Assembly: GCA_037380845.1 (NCBI GenBank) | Contig: JARRRI010000018.1 | Span: 4,034-42,808, forward strand | DNA: 38,775 nucleotides | Reading direction: 5' to 3' | DNA from: Candidatus Sulfobium sp. | GTDB lineage: Bacteria > Nitrospirota > Thermodesulfovibrionia > Thermodesulfovibrionales > UBA6898 | Shown: in pieces, positions 34,411-38,775 of the stretch | Layout: every line of letters begins with the position of its first letter | Numbering within the stretch: position 1 is the stretch's first letter | Position numbers and translations under genes: made by a program | Notes under the pieces: generated by a model | Seen by the model: the letters and a program-made list of their open reading frames with translations, nothing else | Told to the model about the DNA's origin: nothing | Database searches by the model: none

Positions 34411-35451
34411 TCACTTTCCGTCCGCACAGGCCAGGAAGGCCTCTGCGTTGGGCAGCGGCGTATCGGGCGGCAGGTCGCAGGAAGGCATGAGTATGAACCC
34501 TTCCTGCGGATCGGAAACGGCGGCCAGGCAGTCCGAAACAGAAGCGCATATCGATGCCGGGTCGCCGCCGGCTATCGTGTTTACGGCATCGACATTGCCG
34601 GCCGTTACGGCCTTCCCGCGATAAAGATCGTAGGTCTCCCCTATCGACACGCTGGCATCGACCGAGATGCAGTCTGCGTGTGTTGCCGCATAGAGCGGAA
34701 GCTGCGGTCCTATGGCTCCGCACTGGTGAAGGATACTGCGGACGCCCCGGTCCCGTGCCCAGTCGAAGAGCCCGCGCTCATAGGGCAGGACTATGTCCCG
34801 GTACAGGTCGTCGGGGATGAGGGTGACCGCGCCGTCCGGTACGGCGATGCCGTCGATCAGGCCGCGAGCCAGGAGCGCTTCGAAGAAGGACTGGGAGAGA
34901 CGGACGCCAAGTCCGCAGACCTCCCGGACAAACTCCGTGTCTGATGTCGTTTTTTCCTTCAGCAGGTTCCAGTCGCAGAGGATCATGCCCCAGGCAAATG
35001 GCCCCCAGGACGTGGCGCAGAGGAAGCGGTCCCCAAGCCGCTGTCTCAATACGGCCATCATATCCACCAATGCCAGCGTATGAGGGGAGCTGCCGATATC
35101 TATCTCCCGGAGCGAGCGGGCGTCCCCCGTCTTCTCAATAAGCGGGAAGGAGAGAAGAGGCGCCTGCTCTTCCTTGAAGGCGAGGTGGCCGCCGACCGCC
35201 TCCGCGGGAAAGGTGTTGAGCCCAGAGCCGGCAAAGGCGATGTCCGTATCCAGCCCGCCCAGGAAGCCGCCGAGCCTCGCCCCGAACCCTTCAGGGTCTT
35301 CGAGGAGCCCCCCGATCTTCAGGCCGGCCTGACGGTAGGCCCAGCGGCCGGCACCGTACAGCGCCCTGGGGATGCGTACGCTCCTTTTTCCCTGGAATAC
35401 CCTTATGATACCTTCCCGCCTATGACGAGCATCAGGCCGCAGTCGGGGCAC
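34411..35451 (-). CDS. Uroporphyrinogen decarboxylase / MtaA-CmuA methyltransferase family protein (start uncertain)
   Basis: GPF, ILHQCG, ISVD, AGNVD, FILMPSCDLPPDTP (HxC...C Zn ligands). No ATG near the expected N-terminus; the GTG at 35451 is a guess. Confidence 0.8.
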   Translation of the reverse strand: MPRLRPDARHRREGIIRVFQGKRSVRIPRALYGAGRWAYRQAGLKIGGLLEDPEGFGARLGGFLGGLDTDIAFAGSGLNTFPAEAVGGHLAFKEEQAPLLSFPLIEKTGDARSLREIDIGSSPHTLALVDMMAVLRQRLGDRFLCATSWGPFAWGMILCDWNLLKEKTTSDTEFVREVCGLGVRLSQSFFEALLARGLIDGIAVPDGAVTLIPDDLYRDIVLPYERGLFDWARDRGVRSILHQCGAIGPQLPLYAATHADCISVDASVSIGETYDLYRGKAVTAGNVDAVNTIAGGDPASICASVSDCLAAVSDPQEGFILMPSCDLPPDTPLPNAEAFLACADGK

Positions 35452-35888
35452 TCGGTGTCGCCTGCCGAAACAGGGGAACCGCATGCCGGGCACCTGCCCT
35501 GGTTTGCCAGTTCGTTGGAGGCGCGGATCTCGGGATGCATTTCCATGAAATATCTCTCGATTCGCTCCTGCGCCCGGTCGACATCCTGCGGCGAGACGAC
35601 CAGCCGGCATTTGTCACCGCAGCAGCTTTTCGTGCAGCCGGCATCGGAACGGACGGTGCAGGGGATGCCCGAGTCGATCAGGACGCCGTGAAGTTCACCC
35701 ATCCATTTGAGATCGCCCTCCCTGACCGGGACTTCGTTTTCGATGGCCTTCGCCATGAGCCGTCTCTTCTCTTCCTGCGCCCTCTGGTACTCCTCCGGCA
35801 GGAGGAGTACCGCCCCGCAGTCCGCGCATTTCTCGATATGCGGAAAGTACTCGGCCTCGCAGTCAGGACATATCTTATATTGTTCCAT
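35403..35888 (-). CDS. Multi-zinc-ribbon hypothetical protein
   Basis: CPDC..CADC at the N-terminus, central CTKSCC..C, CPAC..CPDC at the C-terminus. Confidence 0.85.
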   Translation of the reverse strand: MEQYKICPDCEAEYFPHIEKCADCGAVLLLPEEYQRAQEEKRRLMAKAIENEVPVREGDLKWMGELHGVLIDSGIPCTVRSDAGCTKSCCGDKCRLVVSPQDVDRAQERIERYFMEMHPEIRASNELANQGRCPACGSPVSAGDTECPDCGLMLVIGGKVS

Positions 35889-36020
35889 GGCCCGGAGCCG
35901 GGGAAGCAGGAAAGGTTATGTTAACGGTCATGCCGATATATTAGCAGATCAGGGATGGCAAGGGGGAGGCCCCCTCTTTTTTGAGTTGGAATGAAAGAAA
36001 AGTCCTGCTGCCCGGGTTGC

Positions 36021-36233
36021 CTATTCTTCTGTCATGACCTTCAGTACGGCCGGGACCGGTCGCTTGTCTTCCAGTGAAACCGGCGTCTCGCCCTTCCCGG
36101 CCACGGCCGGCCTGCCGCAGTGAAGGCAGGTCTTCATCTGGCAACCCCTGTCGAAGGTGACCCTCACAAAGTATTCATGCCTGTTGATCCTGCACTTGAG
36201 AATACGAATGATACTATTGATCTTTTCCCTCAT
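36021..36233 (-). CDS. 70-aa Cys/His microprotein downstream of the riboswitch
   Basis: RBS GGAGG before ATG; C-x4-H ... C-x4-C-x2-C pattern; lies directly 3' of the riboswitch terminator. Confidence 0.7.
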   Translation of the reverse strand: MREKINSIIRILKCRINRHEYFVRVTFDRGCQMKTCLHCGRPAVAGKGETPVSLEDKRPVPAVLKVMTEE

Positions 36234-36284
36234 TGCCCCCCTCCGTCCATCTTTCCGTTATCAATCCGGGCTGCAGGGGTCCTG

Positions 36285-36332
36285 AAAAAATAAAACGGCC
36301 GCGCAGCCTGGTTACCCTTCGGCAGCGCGGCC
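36285..36332 (-). terminator. Riboswitch expression-platform terminator
   Basis: Minus strand GGCCGCGC ... GCGCGGCC followed by GUUUUAUUUUUU; the 5' arm overlaps the aptamer 3' strand. Confidence 0.8.
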
Positions 36333-36399
36333 ATCATGTCGATGCAGATCCGTCGCTTTCCGCCCCCTCCTCACGAAGGGTTCGGCATTATCGGGGAAT
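36312..36399 (-). ncRNA. GEMM-I (c-di-GMP-I / c-AMP-GMP) riboswitch aptamer
   Basis: Minus strand AUUCCCCGAUAAUGCCGAACCCUUC-GUGA-GGAGGGGGCGGAAAGCGACGGAUCU...GAUGGCCGCGCUGCCGAAGGGUAA: P1, GNRA-capped P2, GGCGGAAAG junction, P3 and CUGCCGAA as in Geobacter-type GEMM-I RNAs. TTGACA at 36435-36440 upstream. Confidence 0.88.
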
Positions 36400-36491
36400 C
36401 TCTGTCGTTAGATATAGCAGACAGAAACGCCCCCTGTCAAGTCAATTTTCAGTACCATCGGGTCGGAGTCAAAGGAGGGAAGCCAGGCCTG

Positions 36492-36677
36492 CTACTTATC
36501 ACTCTCGTAATCAATTTTCTCATAACAGCCGGCCGGACACCCGCGGCATGTCCCGGCAAGAAACGAAAGGTCCTTTTTCTCCTCCGGGAGCTTGCAGTGG
36601 CGTAAATGCTCCTTAGCCTCCCCGGTTGCTCGCTGCAAGATGTTGAATTTCTTCCCACAACGCGGGCACTGTTTCAT
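36492..36677 (-). CDS. 61-aa Cys-rich hypothetical protein
   Basis: CPRC, HxxHC, CxxCxxxC; GAGG RBS and extended -10 TGcTAAAAT upstream. Confidence 0.55.
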   Translation of the reverse strand: MKQCPRCGKKFNILQRATGEAKEHLRHCKLPEEKKDLSFLAGTCRGCPAGCYEKIDYESDK

Positions 36678-36796
36678 ATCGACCTCTTCAGTTATATTTT
36701 AGCATAAGGGATAACGCCGGGAATCCGGGCAGGGGAGGGGTGCAGGGAACGAGATCGGCACGCCGCGTATAAACAGGTTAATCACTGCCGCCGCAT

Positions 36797-37531
36797 TTAC
36801 CTGAGCACTTTCCCGTCCATCACAAGACCTGTAATCATTCCTTTTCCATCTTTCCCGAGAGAAACCTCGACCCTTAAGTCTCTTGCGTTCCGGCTGGCCT
36901 CTATCGCTCTGCCTTTGCCTTCTTCGACGAAATAACTTTCGATACCGTACTCGACCGAGAGCTGCCTGAAGTCCGTTGCCTTCACATCCTCTATAACAGC
37001 CCGGAGCGGCTCGCCTGTGTAGCACCGGGGCTTATAGCTCGGGGCCTCCTTCATCTGCATCAGGACATTCCCCCGTTTGTCGAGACAGAAGAGGACGCCC
37101 TCGCCTTTGTCAAACCCGCCGAACCACCGGGGCCTGAGCAGGCGGACGCTGCCCGAGTCGTCTCTGACCGAAACTTCCCAGCGCCGGGCCCGCGTCTCGT
37201 TTCGGACCCGCCCCTGTATAAACTTCCCGCCTGCAGGCGGCACGGCGCTGACTGATACCGCTTTATACGTACCGTCAGGTTCGCCACCCAGGCCCACATA
37301 TACCACATCATTGGGCTTCATCCCGGGCTTTGCACCGAGGGTGTCAAGGTCGAGGTTCGTGATTTCGTAGCGCAGATTGACGTAGTCTCCCCTGAAGATG
37401 TCCCTCGGGTCCACCGGCGCGGTCCGCAGGAGTATCCGGTAGCCCGTGTTTACCCAGTGCTGCCTATAGGCGATCATCCCCGTAAGGAGGAATACCTGAA
37501 GCATCACGATTACGATGAATTTTACCTTCAT
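36797..37531 (-). CDS. GDYXXLXY domain-containing membrane-anchored protein
   Basis: PVDPRDIFRGDYVNLRY, YGIESYFVEEG; N-terminal TM. Confidence 0.92.
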   Translation of the reverse strand: MKVKFIVIVMLQVFLLTGMIAYRQHWVNTGYRILLRTAPVDPRDIFRGDYVNLRYEITNLDLDTLGAKPGMKPNDVVYVGLGGEPDGTYKAVSVSAVPPAGGKFIQGRVRNETRARRWEVSVRDDSGSVRLLRPRWFGGFDKGEGVLFCLDKRGNVLMQMKEAPSYKPRCYTGEPLRAVIEDVKATDFRQLSVEYGIESYFVEEGKGRAIEASRNARDLRVEVSLGKDGKGMITGLVMDGKVLR

Positions 37532-38760
37532 CAGACCTCTTCCGCAGGATTGAATGCCGCAAGTATCTTTCTCCGCTTCCTCTCAAGCAGTACCCCTCCA
37601 AAAAGCAGTATGATCCCGCCCATGATAAAAAATACGGACCTCGGGAGGAGTTTCCAGAAGAAATCGAAATACCGGGCTATGACATCCAGAACAAAGAAGA
37701 GAAGGCCGATATTAACATAGGCTGTGTGCCTCCTCATATAGCCAAGGACCATTATACCGATTATTGCCAGCGCATAAATAATATTCGAGGCGAGTGTGAT
37801 CACGTTTACTGTGAGTGCATGCCGCGGGTCGTAGGGCACCCTCTTGACGAAGAACATGAGCGAAACGGTCATTGCCATCAGAAATACAAGCGAGATCATC
37901 TCGGGAATCCAGCCCTTTTCTTTTGCTCCCGATAATGAATAAAGAATGCCTGATATCAGAAACATGCCGACTATGCCTGCGTAAAACATGATGAGGCCTT
38001 GCGAGCCGAGGGACGCCCGGAAAACGTCAAAGGTAAGTACATAGCCTGCGGAGAACGTGAGCAGGCCCCCCAGGACAAGATAGGGGCCCGACAGCTTTCT
38101 TAAAGGACCGGAACCCCTGTGCATAAGGCCGACGGACCAGAGCGAGATGCCGCTTGCAAGATATAGTGTTACAAAGGGAAGGATATTGCCGTAAGCCAGG
38201 GATATCCGAAAACTGGATTCCATTCCCAGCCAGATCAGCAGGTCGATGATCGCAAGGGTGAGGATCGTCCTGAACCCGAGGAGATATGCCAGGGGAAGCA
38301 CTCCCAGCCCCCACATGAGCGGGCCATTCGGAAAGTGAACGGTTATGTTGTATATCTGGGCGATCAGAAAGATGCCCGCGCCGAAGATTATGGACCCCAG
38401 AAGGATCAACGCCGCCCCGGCCTTCGGAAAGCTTTCTCTGTCGTAGCGAAGATAATAGCCGAGCCCGTAGCTGCAAAGCATTGAGGAAAAAATTATGCCG
38501 AGCTTGCCCCACCTCGGAATTTCCGACCAGTTCGCCGCCACAAAAAGGATCACTCCCACGCCGATCAGGATTGATCCCAGTATGGTGATTGTGGTGACGA
38601 GCCTCCCCGGCCCGGCCTTTTCGTCGGCCTCCTCCAGGAGCCGGTACCGCCCCAGGATCTTCTCCTTCTGCTCAGGGGTGATAATGCCTTCCCTGAGCCA
38701 GGCTTCAGTCTCCTCTTTAAGTTTCCGGTGGAATGAGAAGTTTTGTTCTGAAGGCCGCAT
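37531..38760 (-). CDS. DUF2157 domain integral membrane protein
   Basis: W.REGIITPEQ, FVAANW, GAGIFLIAQIY; TGATG overlap with the GDYXXLXY gene (known pairing). Confidence 0.9.
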   Translation of the reverse strand: MRPSEQNFSFHRKLKEETEAWLREGIITPEQKEKILGRYRLLEEADEKAGPGRLVTTITILGSILIGVGVILFVAANWSEIPRWGKLGIIFSSMLCSYGLGYYLRYDRESFPKAGAALILLGSIIFGAGIFLIAQIYNITVHFPNGPLMWGLGVLPLAYLLGFRTILTLAIIDLLIWLGMESSFRISLAYGNILPFVTLYLASGISLWSVGLMHRGSGPLRKLSGPYLVLGGLLTFSAGYVLTFDVFRASLGSQGLIMFYAGIVGMFLISGILYSLSGAKEKGWIPEMISLVFLMAMTVSLMFFVKRVPYDPRHALTVNVITLASNIIYALAIIGIMVLGYMRRHTAYVNIGLLFFVLDVIARYFDFFWKLLPRSVFFIMGGIILLFGGVLLERKRRKILAAFNPAEEV

Positions 38761-38775
38761 ATTATTGTGGTTTAT

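Noticed and set aside
1..38775. CRISPR array, tRNA/rRNA genes, prophage, intact integrase or transposase
   Set aside because: No regularly spaced repeats, cloverleaf or rRNA-like sequence, phage structural genes or full-length recombinase seen.

Overview
Bacterial chromosomal window of moderately high GC. The gene content suggests a Nitrospirota/Desulfobacterota-like organism (inference only). Core genes: a partial cold-shock gene, lpxK, yjbQ, a class II aldolase, a dnaJ-hspR-clpB heat-shock operon with a HAIR-like operator, a Rieske protein plus an unusual cytochrome b-subunit IV-4x cytochrome c fusion, a GH15 hydrolase, zwf, a cofE-like ligase, a cinA-like gene, an OYE flavin oxidoreductase, a UroD/MtaA-family enzyme and a DUF2157/GDYXXLXY pair. 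An accessory patch (~10.45-15.1 kb) after the clpB terminator holds a D-amino acid oxidase, an FmdB zinc ribbon, a beta-carbonic anhydrase packaged as an integron gene cassette (attC present, no integrase in the window) and a three-way mosaic of gene fragments that includes a RAYT/Y1 transposase remnant. The main signals absent from the ORF track are a GEMM-I (c-di-GMP-I/cGAMP-type) riboswitch with an ON-type terminator upstream of an uncharacterised 70-aa Cys/His microprotein, the attC cassette, a TA-flanked ~190-bp MITE, CRP/FNR-type boxes at class II positions, likely leaderless genes and a slyD remnant. All calls come from reading the sequence; no database searches were run.
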